Shown here: positions 27,597-35,965 of the stretch, piece by piece
Layout of the letters: each line of letters opens with the position of its first letter
Position numbering within the stretch: position 1 is the stretch's first letter
NCBI GenBank assembly: GCA_036274335.1
Contig: DASUFW010000307.1
Location: 1 to 62,678, forward strand
Direction of reading: 5' to 3'
Source: Burkholderiales bacterium
Lineage (GTDB): Bacteria > Pseudomonadota > Gammaproteobacteria > Burkholderiales > SG8-39
Length of the DNA stretch: 62,678 bases
Notes under the pieces: model-generated
Databases searched by the model: none
The model's input: the letters and a program-made list of their open reading frames with translations, nothing else
What the model was told of the DNA's origin: nothing
Made by a program: the position numbers and the translations under genes

Positions 27597-28201
27597 GATT
27601 TCGCCCCGTGGTCGACGATGGTGATGAGGTCGATCTCGCACTCCGCCCGCAGGCGCGGCGCCAGGGTCGGCACGTTGGCGGGCTGGCCGGTGCGAGTCAC
27701 CGTGCAGCGGCGCACGGCGTAATACGCCTTGCCGGAGGCGCGCAGCGCCCACAGGAAGGCGAACAGGTCGCCCTCGTGCAGCAGCGCGAGGTCCACGCGC
27801 ATCATGCTGGCGTAGAAGTCCACCGTGCCCGGCTTGCCCGGCACCGAAGCGAGCGCGCGCTGCCGCTCGACGCGGTAGCGCAGGTCGGGAAGCTCGAGGT
27901 CGCCGCGGATGCGCTTCATCGAATCGGCCCACTCCAGGCGCTGCTCCTCGCCCAGGATGCCGAGCTCCCTGAGCTGCTGGTAGACCTTCAGCTTCTCGCG
28001 GACCTCGCGCTCCTCCTCGGCGATGCGCATCAGGCGCTCCTTCACCTGAACACGCTCCAGGCGCGCGGCCGCGAGCACCGCCGCATCGGCGGCGTGCTTG
28101 TCCTTGGACCAGACGACGAACGAGACGCCGGCCACCAGCAGCACGACGAAAGCGAGCAGCGGGAGGACGAGCTGGCGGACTTCCCGGGCGGTCAGGTTCA
28201 C
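27593..28201 (-). CDS. PilO/MshJ-like bitopic pilus assembly protein
   Basis: GTG at 28201 overlaps the upstream stop. 202 aa with one TM (LVLPLLAFVVLLVAGVSFVVW), then a coiled-coil and a globular periplasmic part. Confidence 0.6.
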   Translation of the reverse strand: MNLTAREVRQLVLPLLAFVVLLVAGVSFVVWSKDKHAADAAVLAAARLERVQVKERLMRIAEEEREVREKLKVYQQLRELGILGEEQRLEWADSMKRIRGDLELPDLRYRVERQRALASVPGKPGTVDFYASMMRVDLALLHEGDLFAFLWALRASGKAYYAVRRCTVTRTGQPANVPTLAPRLRAECEIDLITIVDHGAKS

Positions 28202-29739
28202 GGCAGGTTCCGCGCGAGGAAGATGGTGAAGCGCGGCGCCTCGCCGCCGGACGTCGAGCCGATGTCGCCCGACAGCGTTCCTTCGGAAGTGACGTCGAAC
28301 GGCAGCTGCGTGCGCTCCACCTGGTAGACGCCGCTCTGGCCGAGCGCTTCCGCAAAGCGCTGCACTTCCCCCGTGATCGCCCGATAGTCCGAACGCGCCA
28401 TGCCCGGCACCCGCCCGGAGACCTCGAGGCGCTCGACCTGGGATCCCGGCCCCGACTTCGTCGCCGCGCTCGCCGGCGGCGGCTTTGCGCCTGCGCCGCC
28501 GGACGCCCGGTCGACCTGCCACACGAGCGAGTCGATCTCGATCTGCGGGAATTGGTCGAGCACCTGCGACAGGTAGCGCAGCGTGGGCTCGGGCGCGCCG
28601 CTGCGCTGCGCGATCTTCGTGAACTCGAGCACCGTCGCGCGCAGGTTGTCGACCGTGGTGTAGGTAACCGGGAAAGCATCCGCCTTGCGCCGGTATTCGT
28701 CCTGGTCGGCGCGCGAATCCGCGCGCACCTGGGTGGTTTCCGACCGAATGCCGGCGATGTCGAGCCAGATCGCGCCCGCGTAGAGCGCGCAGGCGGCGAA
28801 GGCGAGTGCGCCGGCCGCCACCAGCCCGCGCTGCATCTGCCAGAGGAAGTACCCGCGCCGCTCCTCGCGCCGCGCGAACTGCTCGCGCGGCGGCCGCCGG
28901 GCGGCCAGCTGCAGATACAGTTGCTCCGCGCCCATGTCCTGCGGCGCTTCCCGGATGCCGACGCGCCGCGCCGCTTCGGCCTGGTCGATCGTGACGAAGG
29001 ACAGGCGCGCATCCGAGACCAGCGTCCGCTCGAAGACCGCCTTGCGGCCGGGCGGCGCGATGACGACGACGTGCACGGGCGGGCCTTCGCGCGGCAGCAC
29101 CCGAAGCGTCGAGAGGTATTGCGCGAGCCGCCCGGTCTCCGAACGCACGAAGGCCGCGAACGCCTCCGGCGTCATATCGGCCGCGCGCTCGAGCCGCGCG
29201 AAGCGCAGCCTGCCGTTGTCGATGAAGCACTGGCGCAGGCCGGCGCGATTGGCGTTCACCACGAAGCAGCGGCCGCCCCGCACCCCGAGGCGCGCCGCCA
29301 GCGCCGGCGCGAGCAGCGGCACCGAGAACATGCCGGCGAGCTTCGCTTCCGATTCCGCCAGCGCATCCAGCCAGGGCGCGATGCGCTGGGTATTGGTGAA
29401 GGACGTGAGCAGCAGGCGCTCGTTGCGCCGCTCGCCGCTCACCTGTCCCAGCGACAGCGCGGTCGCAAGCCGGGTGTCGCGGTAGCGCTGGGCGAGGCGC
29501 CGCCGCAGGACCTGCTCGCGGTCCGAGCCGCGCAGGTACGGAATCAGCTCCTCGTGGAAGTCCTCGCCCGCCTGGTCGACCACCACCGAAAACAGCGCGC
29601 CGCGATGCCCCCCCAGATACTCGCGGAACGCGGAGGCCCCGGTGTCGTCGGACGGGAACTTGGCGTCCAGCGTCAGGCGACCCCGGCGCCACGCATAGAC
29701 GCGGTGCTCGTCGGCGGTGAAATAGGCGATGCGCTTCAT
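28198..29739 (-). CDS. PilM-PilN fusion-like pilus assembly protein (MshI-like)
   Basis: 513 aa: a cytoplasmic part of about 290 aa, one TM (GLVAAGALAFAACALYAGAIWL) and a periplasmic part of about 190 aa. Position and topology match MshI. Not verified by motif. Confidence 0.65.
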   Translation of the reverse strand: MKRIAYFTADEHRVYAWRRGRLTLDAKFPSDDTGASAFREYLGGHRGALFSVVVDQAGEDFHEELIPYLRGSDREQVLRRRLAQRYRDTRLATALSLGQVSGERRNERLLLTSFTNTQRIAPWLDALAESEAKLAGMFSVPLLAPALAARLGVRGGRCFVVNANRAGLRQCFIDNGRLRFARLERAADMTPEAFAAFVRSETGRLAQYLSTLRVLPREGPPVHVVVIAPPGRKAVFERTLVSDARLSFVTIDQAEAARRVGIREAPQDMGAEQLYLQLAARRPPREQFARREERRGYFLWQMQRGLVAAGALAFAACALYAGAIWLDIAGIRSETTQVRADSRADQDEYRRKADAFPVTYTTVDNLRATVLEFTKIAQRSGAPEPTLRYLSQVLDQFPQIEIDSLVWQVDRASGGAGAKPPPASAATKSGPGSQVERLEVSGRVPGMARSDYRAITGEVQRFAEALGQSGVYQVERTQLPFDVTSEGTLSGDIGSTSGGEAPRFTIFLARNLP

Positions 29740-29740
29740 G

Positions 29741-30946
29741 TCAGAACTTCATCTTGCTGATGGTGTCGTAGACGGGACCCAGCACCGACAGCATGACCCA
29801 GCCGAGGATCGCCCCGAGCACCACGGTGAGCAGCGGCTCGACCATGGCCTGCAGCCTGCCGATCGCCTCGCGCACCTCGCGATTGTAGAAGTAGCTGACG
29901 TTCAGAAGCGCCGTGTCCAGGCCGCCCGTATTCTCGCCGATGCGAAGCATGCGGATGACGAGCGGCGGGAACAGTCCCGCGTCCTGGAACGCCACGGTGA
30001 GGTTCTTGCCCTCGGCGATCTGCTGGCCGGCGTCGCGCAGCGCCTGCTCCACGGGCCGGTTGCCGACGATTTCCTCGCAGCTGCGGATCGCATCGAGCAC
30101 CGTGATGCCCGAGGAGTACATCATGGCGAAGCTCGAGGCGAAGCGCGAGAGCACGATGCGCTTCATGATCGGACCGACCAGGGGCATCGAGATCTTGTAG
30201 CGGTCCAGGGCATAGGCGACGGCCGGGTTGGTGCGCGCCGCGAACTTGATGCCGAAGAAGACCACGAACGGCGCTGCGAGCACCAGCCACCAGAAGTCGA
30301 CGCAGAAGTTGGAGACCGCGATCAGGATGCGCGTCTGCATCGGGATGTCCTGACCCATGTTGCGGATGAAGCCGGTCATCTGCGGCACGAGATAGATCAT
30401 CAGGAAGAAGGTCACCAGCAGCACGATCGACCCGACGAACGCCGGGTACATGATGAGCTTCTTGGTCTGCGCGGCGAGCTCGTCCTCCCACTTCAGCGAC
30501 TCGGTCAGGCTCTTCAGGACCTCGGCCAGCCGCCCCGTCTGCTCGCCGGAGCGGACCAGGCTGACGAATACCTTGCTGAACACTTCCGGGTACTCCGCAA
30601 GCGCCTGCGAGAGGTTCTTGCCGCCCTCGATGGCCTCCAGCAGGCCGGAGATGATTTCGCGGAAGCGCCGGTTCTCCGCGCTCTCGCGCAGGTCGACGAG
30701 TCCCTCGACGACCGGCACGCCGGCGTTCGCCAGCTGCTCGAGGTGAAAGCAGAAGTTGATCAGGTCCTGGCGCGAGATACGCGTGCCGCCGATCAGCTTC
30801 GCCGTCTGGCTGGTCGGCGCGCCGTAGACCAGGTCGAGGTTCATGCGCAGCAGGCGCTGCTCGAGGTCGAACGGGTTGACGGCCTCGGTGCGCCCCAGCA
30901 CGCTCTTGCCTTCCGCGTCGATGGCCTTGTACGTGTAGAGGGGCAT
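29741..30946 (-). CDS. mshG: Type IV filament platform protein (GspF/PilC family, MshG-like)
   Basis: 401 aa with a duplicated GspF-type domain pattern and three TM segments. Follows the assembly ATPase gene. Confidence 0.9.
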   Translation of the reverse strand: MPLYTYKAIDAEGKSVLGRTEAVNPFDLEQRLLRMNLDLVYGAPTSQTAKLIGGTRISRQDLINFCFHLEQLANAGVPVVEGLVDLRESAENRRFREIISGLLEAIEGGKNLSQALAEYPEVFSKVFVSLVRSGEQTGRLAEVLKSLTESLKWEDELAAQTKKLIMYPAFVGSIVLLVTFFLMIYLVPQMTGFIRNMGQDIPMQTRILIAVSNFCVDFWWLVLAAPFVVFFGIKFAARTNPAVAYALDRYKISMPLVGPIMKRIVLSRFASSFAMMYSSGITVLDAIRSCEEIVGNRPVEQALRDAGQQIAEGKNLTVAFQDAGLFPPLVIRMLRIGENTGGLDTALLNVSYFYNREVREAIGRLQAMVEPLLTVVLGAILGWVMLSVLGPVYDTISKMKF

Positions 30947-30977
30947 GGCTGTCGCCGATCGGGGCGCCCGGGGGCGC

Positions 30978-32687
30978 TCAGGCCATGCGGTCGGTGAGGT
31001 CGACCACGCGCATCAGCTCGTCGAGGCCGGTGTGGCCCGCCCGGACCATGCGTACGCCGTCGTCGGCGAGTGTCTTGAAGCCCTTGGCGCGCGCGGCCGT
31101 GAGCAGCTCGCGCGCCGTGGCGCGGCGGGCGATCAGCTCGTCCAGCCCGCCGTCGATCTTGAGGATCTCCAGGATGGACTGCCGGCCGCGATATCCCTGG
31201 TAGTCGCACTGGTCGCAGCCGACCGCGCGGAAGAGCGGCGAATTCTCGGACGCACCCATGCCCAGCATGCGCCGCTCCCGGGCATCGGGTTCGTACGACT
31301 GCCGGCAGGTGCGGCACAGCCGGCGCACGAGCCGCTGCGCCACGATGCCGATGATGTTGCCGGACATGACGTCGGGCACGATGCCGATGTCCAGCAGCCG
31401 TGGAATCGCGCCCACGGCGGAATTGGTATGCAGCGTCGAGTACACCTGGTGCCCGGTCATCGCCGCGCGGAACGCCATCTCCGCCGTGTCCTTGTCGCGG
31501 ATCTCGCCGACCAGAATGGCGTCCGGGTCCTGGCGCATCAGCGCGCGCACGCCGTTGGCGAAGTCGAGCTTCGCCGCTTCCGACACCGAGGTCTGGCGAA
31601 TCAGGGTCATCGGATACTCGACCGGGTCCTCCAGCGTCATGATGTTGACGCCGTCCGAGTTGATGTGGTTCAGGATCGAGTAGAGGGTCGTCGTCTTGCC
31701 GCTGCCCGTCGGGCCGGTGACCAGGATGATGCCCTCGGGCCGCGCGATCATGCGCTTCAACAGCTCCAGCGCGCCGTCCTCGAGGCCGAGCCGCTCGAGC
31801 GGAACGATGCCCTTCTGCCGGTCGAGAATGCGCAGCACGATGTTCTCGCCGTGCGTGGTCGGCAGGCTCGCGACGCGGAAGTCGACCACGCGGCCCGACA
31901 TGGTGGCGGAAATGCGCCCGTCCTGCGGTGCGCGCGTCTCGGCGATGTTCATCTTCGACATGACCTTGACGCGCACCGCCATGGCCGGCCAGTAGGTCTT
32001 GTGCAGGGACCGGATCTGCCTCAGCACCCCGTCGATGCGGTAGCGGATGCGCAGGAAGTTCTGCTCGGGCTCGAAGTGGATGTCCGAGGCGCCTCGGTCG
32101 ACCGCGTCGGCGAGAAGCGCCGAAATGAGGCGCACCACCGGCTGGGAGTATTCGTCCCCTTCGGCGATGGTGGCGTAGTCGACCTCGCCCGTCTCGATCT
32201 CGCGCAGGATGCCGTCGATCGAGAACTCGTGGCCGTAATAGTGCTCGACCGCGCGCTCGATCTCGGAGTCGCCCGCCAGGCGCAGCTCGATCTCGACGTC
32301 GCCCTTCAGGTGGGCGCGCAGCTGGTCGACGGCGACGATGTTGTTGGTGTCGGCGAGCGCGACGATGAATCTGTTGGCCTGGCGGTCCAGCGCCACCGGG
32401 AACATGTGGTAGCGCCGCGCCATGTCGCGCGGCAGCATCTTGAGCGCCGCCGGATCCACGATGATGTGCGCCAGATCCACCGACTGCAGTCCGAGCTTTT
32501 CGGAAAGCGCGTCGCGCAGCGTTGCTTCGGAAACGAACCCGAGCTGCACCAGCAGCCGCCCCACCGGCGCCTTGGACTTCGTTTGCTCCAGCAGGGCGAT
32601 CCGCAGCTGGTCTTCGGTCAGGATGCCCTGGTCGATCAGGATCTGCCCGATATGGCGTTTCGCCTGCGGATTGGTGGGCGAGTTCAT
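30978..32687 (-). CDS. mshE: Type IV filament assembly ATPase with an MshE-type N-terminal domain
   Basis: 569 aa. Tandem MshEN-like motifs at aa 11-65, Walker A GPTGSGKTT, a GspE-type Asp/His box, and a tetracysteine (CRTC...CDQC). Confidence 0.9.
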   Translation of the reverse strand: MNSPTNPQAKRHIGQILIDQGILTEDQLRIALLEQTKSKAPVGRLLVQLGFVSEATLRDALSEKLGLQSVDLAHIIVDPAALKMLPRDMARRYHMFPVALDRQANRFIVALADTNNIVAVDQLRAHLKGDVEIELRLAGDSEIERAVEHYYGHEFSIDGILREIETGEVDYATIAEGDEYSQPVVRLISALLADAVDRGASDIHFEPEQNFLRIRYRIDGVLRQIRSLHKTYWPAMAVRVKVMSKMNIAETRAPQDGRISATMSGRVVDFRVASLPTTHGENIVLRILDRQKGIVPLERLGLEDGALELLKRMIARPEGIILVTGPTGSGKTTTLYSILNHINSDGVNIMTLEDPVEYPMTLIRQTSVSEAAKLDFANGVRALMRQDPDAILVGEIRDKDTAEMAFRAAMTGHQVYSTLHTNSAVGAIPRLLDIGIVPDVMSGNIIGIVAQRLVRRLCRTCRQSYEPDARERRMLGMGASENSPLFRAVGCDQCDYQGYRGRQSILEILKIDGGLDELIARRATARELLTAARAKGFKTLADDGVRMVRAGHTGLDELMRVVDLTDRMA

Positions 32688-32736
32688 CCAGCCTTCATGA
32701 TACAGAAAGCCCCAAAAAACCGGGCTTTAGGAACTG

Positions 32737-34113
32737 TCAGCGCGAAAGCGCCTGAACCCTCTCCTCGGCCGCCCGGGGGTCGAAGGAAGGGGTGCGCTTC
32801 AGGCCCAGCGTCAGCGCTCTGCGATATTGCTCCAAAGCGGCCTGGGCCTGGCGCGCGTGCTCCAGGCTGATTGCGTAGTTGTACGCGTAATCCGGATTTT
32901 CCGGCTCGAATGCGACCGCCTTGGCGTAGGCCTGGCGGGCTTCCGCCCAGCGGTTCTGCTGGGCATATTGATTCCCGAGTGAGAAATACAGCACACTTTC
33001 CTCGGACTCCGCCGCGATCAGGCCCTTCAGCCGGGATTCGGCGCTGACCGGGTCGAGCCGGCCGGCGCGCAGGCCGAGCAGCCCCGCTTGCGCGTGCGCA
33101 TCGCGCGGGTCCATTTCCAGCACGCGGCGATAGAGGAGCTCGGCTTCCGGGAATCGCCGGGACTGGGTCTCCACCGCCGCCAGCCCCAAGAGCGCGTCGC
33201 GGTTGCTGGGATCGTCGCGAAGCGCGGTCTCGTAGTCGCGGCGCGCGCGATCCAGGTCGCCGGCCTGATAGGCCGAATAGCCGGCGGACACCGCCGGGTC
33301 GACCATGGGTGCCGGACGACTGCGGGCCACCGTCGTGCGGAGCGGCTCGGACGCCTCCGGCGCACGCGCAACAGCGGGCGCACGGACGCGCGGCTTGGGC
33401 GCCGCGCGCGGTGCGGAAGCCCGCGGCGCGGCCTGCACGGGAGGCGTCGGGGCGGGCGCGGGCTTCGCCGACGGCGGCGTCGGCGCAGGGCCCTGCGCAA
33501 TCAGCGGCTGCGCCGGGGCGGGCGCGACCGACGGCAATCCGGGGATCGCGTTTCCGGGCCCGCCCGGCTGGACGCCGGCGCCCGGCGCGGGCTGGGGCGG
33601 CGCGACCGCCACCGGCTGCTCGCCCGACGGCGGTTTCGGATTCTTGACGTAGATCGAAGGCGGCGAGGACAGCTGAATGTAGAAGTAGATGACCGTGCCG
33701 ATGCAGACCGAGCCCAGCAGGCCCATGGTGATGTAGAAGGGCATGCGCGGATTCGGCTCGCGCACCTTGGCTTCGAAGGGCTTGCGCGCCGCCGCCCGCT
33801 GAGCAGCCTGCGGTTCGGGCGCGGGCCGGGGAGGCGCCTCGCTCGCCGGCCGCGCGGGTGGCTGCAGCGAAAGGTCACTCCCGCCGCCTGCCGCCGCCCC
33901 GCTCGGGAGGTCCTCCGACTGGATTTCCAGCGGCGCCGTGATCGGCGGAAGCTCGTCGCGCGTCACGACCCGCTTCTCGTCGGCGGGCGCGGCCGCCGAC
34001 TCGTCGGCGAGGCGCAGCTCCCCGCCACCGGCGTCGCCGCCTTCCTGGGTGCGCTTCTGCGCCTCTTCCTTGGCCTTCTCGGCCTTCTTCAGCGCCTCGA
34101 GCAGCAGGCTCAT
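32737..34113 (-). CDS. mshN: TPR-repeat pilus biogenesis protein (MshN/GspB-like)
   Basis: 458 aa. GspB-like N-terminus MSLLLEALKKAEK, one TM, a Pro/Ala-rich linker and C-terminal TPR repeats. Confidence 0.75.
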   Translation of the reverse strand: MSLLLEALKKAEKAKEEAQKRTQEGGDAGGGELRLADESAAAPADEKRVVTRDELPPITAPLEIQSEDLPSGAAAGGGSDLSLQPPARPASEAPPRPAPEPQAAQRAAARKPFEAKVREPNPRMPFYITMGLLGSVCIGTVIYFYIQLSSPPSIYVKNPKPPSGEQPVAVAPPQPAPGAGVQPGGPGNAIPGLPSVAPAPAQPLIAQGPAPTPPSAKPAPAPTPPVQAAPRASAPRAAPKPRVRAPAVARAPEASEPLRTTVARSRPAPMVDPAVSAGYSAYQAGDLDRARRDYETALRDDPSNRDALLGLAAVETQSRRFPEAELLYRRVLEMDPRDAHAQAGLLGLRAGRLDPVSAESRLKGLIAAESEESVLYFSLGNQYAQQNRWAEARQAYAKAVAFEPENPDYAYNYAISLEHARQAQAALEQYRRALTLGLKRTPSFDPRAAEERVQALSR

Positions 34114-34117
34114 GGCG

Positions 34118-35857
34118 CTACTGGCCCACCGTTTTCGGGTCTACGCCCTCGGGTACGCCGGTCGGCTTAGTCAGGAAGTTCTTGCCGGGCAGCATCTCGC
34201 GGAAGTTCGCGTAGTCGCCGTCCACGCTCGCGTCGTGGATGACGGTGGCACGCAGAAAGATGACCAGCTCGGTCTTGCGAGTGATCTTCTTTTCCTGCGA
34301 GAAGAGCTTGCCGAAGAACGGAATCTGGTTGAGGCCGGGGATGCCGTCGTCGACCTTCTCCACGGAGTCCTGCATGAGCCCGCCCAGCACCGCGGTCTGG
34401 CCGCTCTGGATGCGGAGCATCGAATCGAATTCGCGGGTTTCGAAGACCGGGATGAGGTTCGGAGTCGTCAGCGCGGGATTGGGGTCAGTGGCGTCGTCCA
34501 CCTTGCGCCGGATCGTCGGCCGCACGTTCAGCACGATCGTTTCGGCCTCGCTGACCTGCGGCAGCACGCTCATCATGAAGCCTTCGGCGGCCACGTTCGG
34601 CGTCGTGGTGAACGACTGCTGGATCACGGTGTTGCCGGACCCGCCGCCCGCGATCGTGATCGGCTGCGTGGACGGCGTCACTGTGAAGTAGACGATGTCA
34701 CGCGTTACCCGCAGTAGCGCCGTCTGGTTGTTGAGCACGCTCACCTTGGGGCTGGACAGCACGCGCACGTCGCCGAACGACTCCAGCATGCGGATGGCAA
34801 TGTTGAAGTTCTGGCTGACGATGGCGCCGCCCAGGACGAAGGCATTCGTGGAGATGTTGGCCGGCGTGCCTGAGGAGATCTGGTTGAATTCCGTGCCGGA
34901 TTGGCCGGTGCCGAAGGCCGGCCGACCGGTGGTGGTGGCGCCGGTGCGCAGCCGCTGCCAGTCGATACCGCGCTGGTACTCGTTATTGAGCTGGACCTCG
35001 GCGACCGTGGCCTCGATCAGCACCTGCCGGCGCACGTTCGCCATGACCGAGTCGAGGAATTCCGCCACCCGCACCTGCTGGCGCGAGGTCGCGCGCACGT
35101 AAATGACCCCGCTCTCCCGGTTGCCGATCACCGAACTCGGGGCCTGGACGCCGGCGGCCGTCGCGACGGCGGCGGGCTTGGCCGCGGCCGCGCCTGCACC
35201 CGAGCCCCCGCCCCCGCCCCCGCCGATGATGTCCTGGATATTCTGCATCAGCGTATCCCACAGCTGGGTGTTGGCGGCGACGTCGACGGTGGTCGTGGAG
35301 CCGGTGCCCGTGTTGCCGGAACCGCCGCCGGCGCTGCCACCTCCCGTGCCCGAGGACCCGGAGTTGAACTGCGTGTTGGTCTCCGACTTCATCTTCACGT
35401 TGCGCGAGGCGGAGACGAAGTCGATGTGATAGGCGCGCAGGTACGGCGCGTCCGGCAGCACCAGGAGATTGGGACCGTGCAGCTCGTAGCGCATGTCCAC
35501 TTGGCGGGCAATCCGCTCGAGCAGCTGCGGCAGGGTCTGGTCGACCGCGTTCAGGGTCACCATTCCCGTAATGCCCGGCGCGACGTCGATGTTGAGGCGG
35601 GCGTCGCGCGCCAGCGCGAACAGCAGTTCCTGGGCCGGGACCCCGTTGACTACGACACTATAGGTTTCGGGTGCCTGCTTGGGGGTGGGCTTCGGCAGCA
35701 CCGGGGCGACCTGAATCGGCGCCGGAATCGCTCCTGGGGGCGGCGAGGACTCCGCCCTTTCGCCCAGATGGGTATCCGAGGGCTTGAACGCCGGCTGGGC
35801 GCACCCCGCCAGGGTGCCGGCAATTGCCGCGACAGCGAGCCCGCGCTTCGAGACCAT
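34118..35857 (-). CDS. mshL: Secretin lipoprotein (MshL-like)
   Basis: ATG at 35857 gives MVSKRGLAVAAIAGTLAGC (lipobox). Gly/Ser-rich linkers. C-terminal secretin domain (VLSSPKVSVLNNQTALL, IPGLNQIPFFGKLF). Confidence 0.9.
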   Translation of the reverse strand: MVSKRGLAVAAIAGTLAGCAQPAFKPSDTHLGERAESSPPPGAIPAPIQVAPVLPKPTPKQAPETYSVVVNGVPAQELLFALARDARLNIDVAPGITGMVTLNAVDQTLPQLLERIARQVDMRYELHGPNLLVLPDAPYLRAYHIDFVSASRNVKMKSETNTQFNSGSSGTGGGSAGGGSGNTGTGSTTTVDVAANTQLWDTLMQNIQDIIGGGGGGGSGAGAAAAKPAAVATAAGVQAPSSVIGNRESGVIYVRATSRQQVRVAEFLDSVMANVRRQVLIEATVAEVQLNNEYQRGIDWQRLRTGATTTGRPAFGTGQSGTEFNQISSGTPANISTNAFVLGGAIVSQNFNIAIRMLESFGDVRVLSSPKVSVLNNQTALLRVTRDIVYFTVTPSTQPITIAGGGSGNTVIQQSFTTTPNVAAEGFMMSVLPQVSEAETIVLNVRPTIRRKVDDATDPNPALTTPNLIPVFETREFDSMLRIQSGQTAVLGGLMQDSVEKVDDGIPGLNQIPFFGKLFSQEKKITRKTELVIFLRATVIHDASVDGDYANFREMLPGKNFLTKPTGVPEGVDPKTVGQ

Positions 35858-35965
35858 GGGAACCCGATTTCTCCCCCGAGAAACTGAGCATAGCATGGTC
35901 GCGCCTGAAGAAAAGCGGCTAAGCGACTGTCGCGTGAGAGTTTTCAGGAATTTGCAAATGGGGCC

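Noticed and set aside
32688-32736. A hairpin AAAGCCC/GGGCTTT between the mshN-like and mshE genes as a terminator
   Set aside because: The T-run lies in the 9-nt loop rather than after the stem, and the stem is only 7 bp. At most it is an mRNA structure within the operon.
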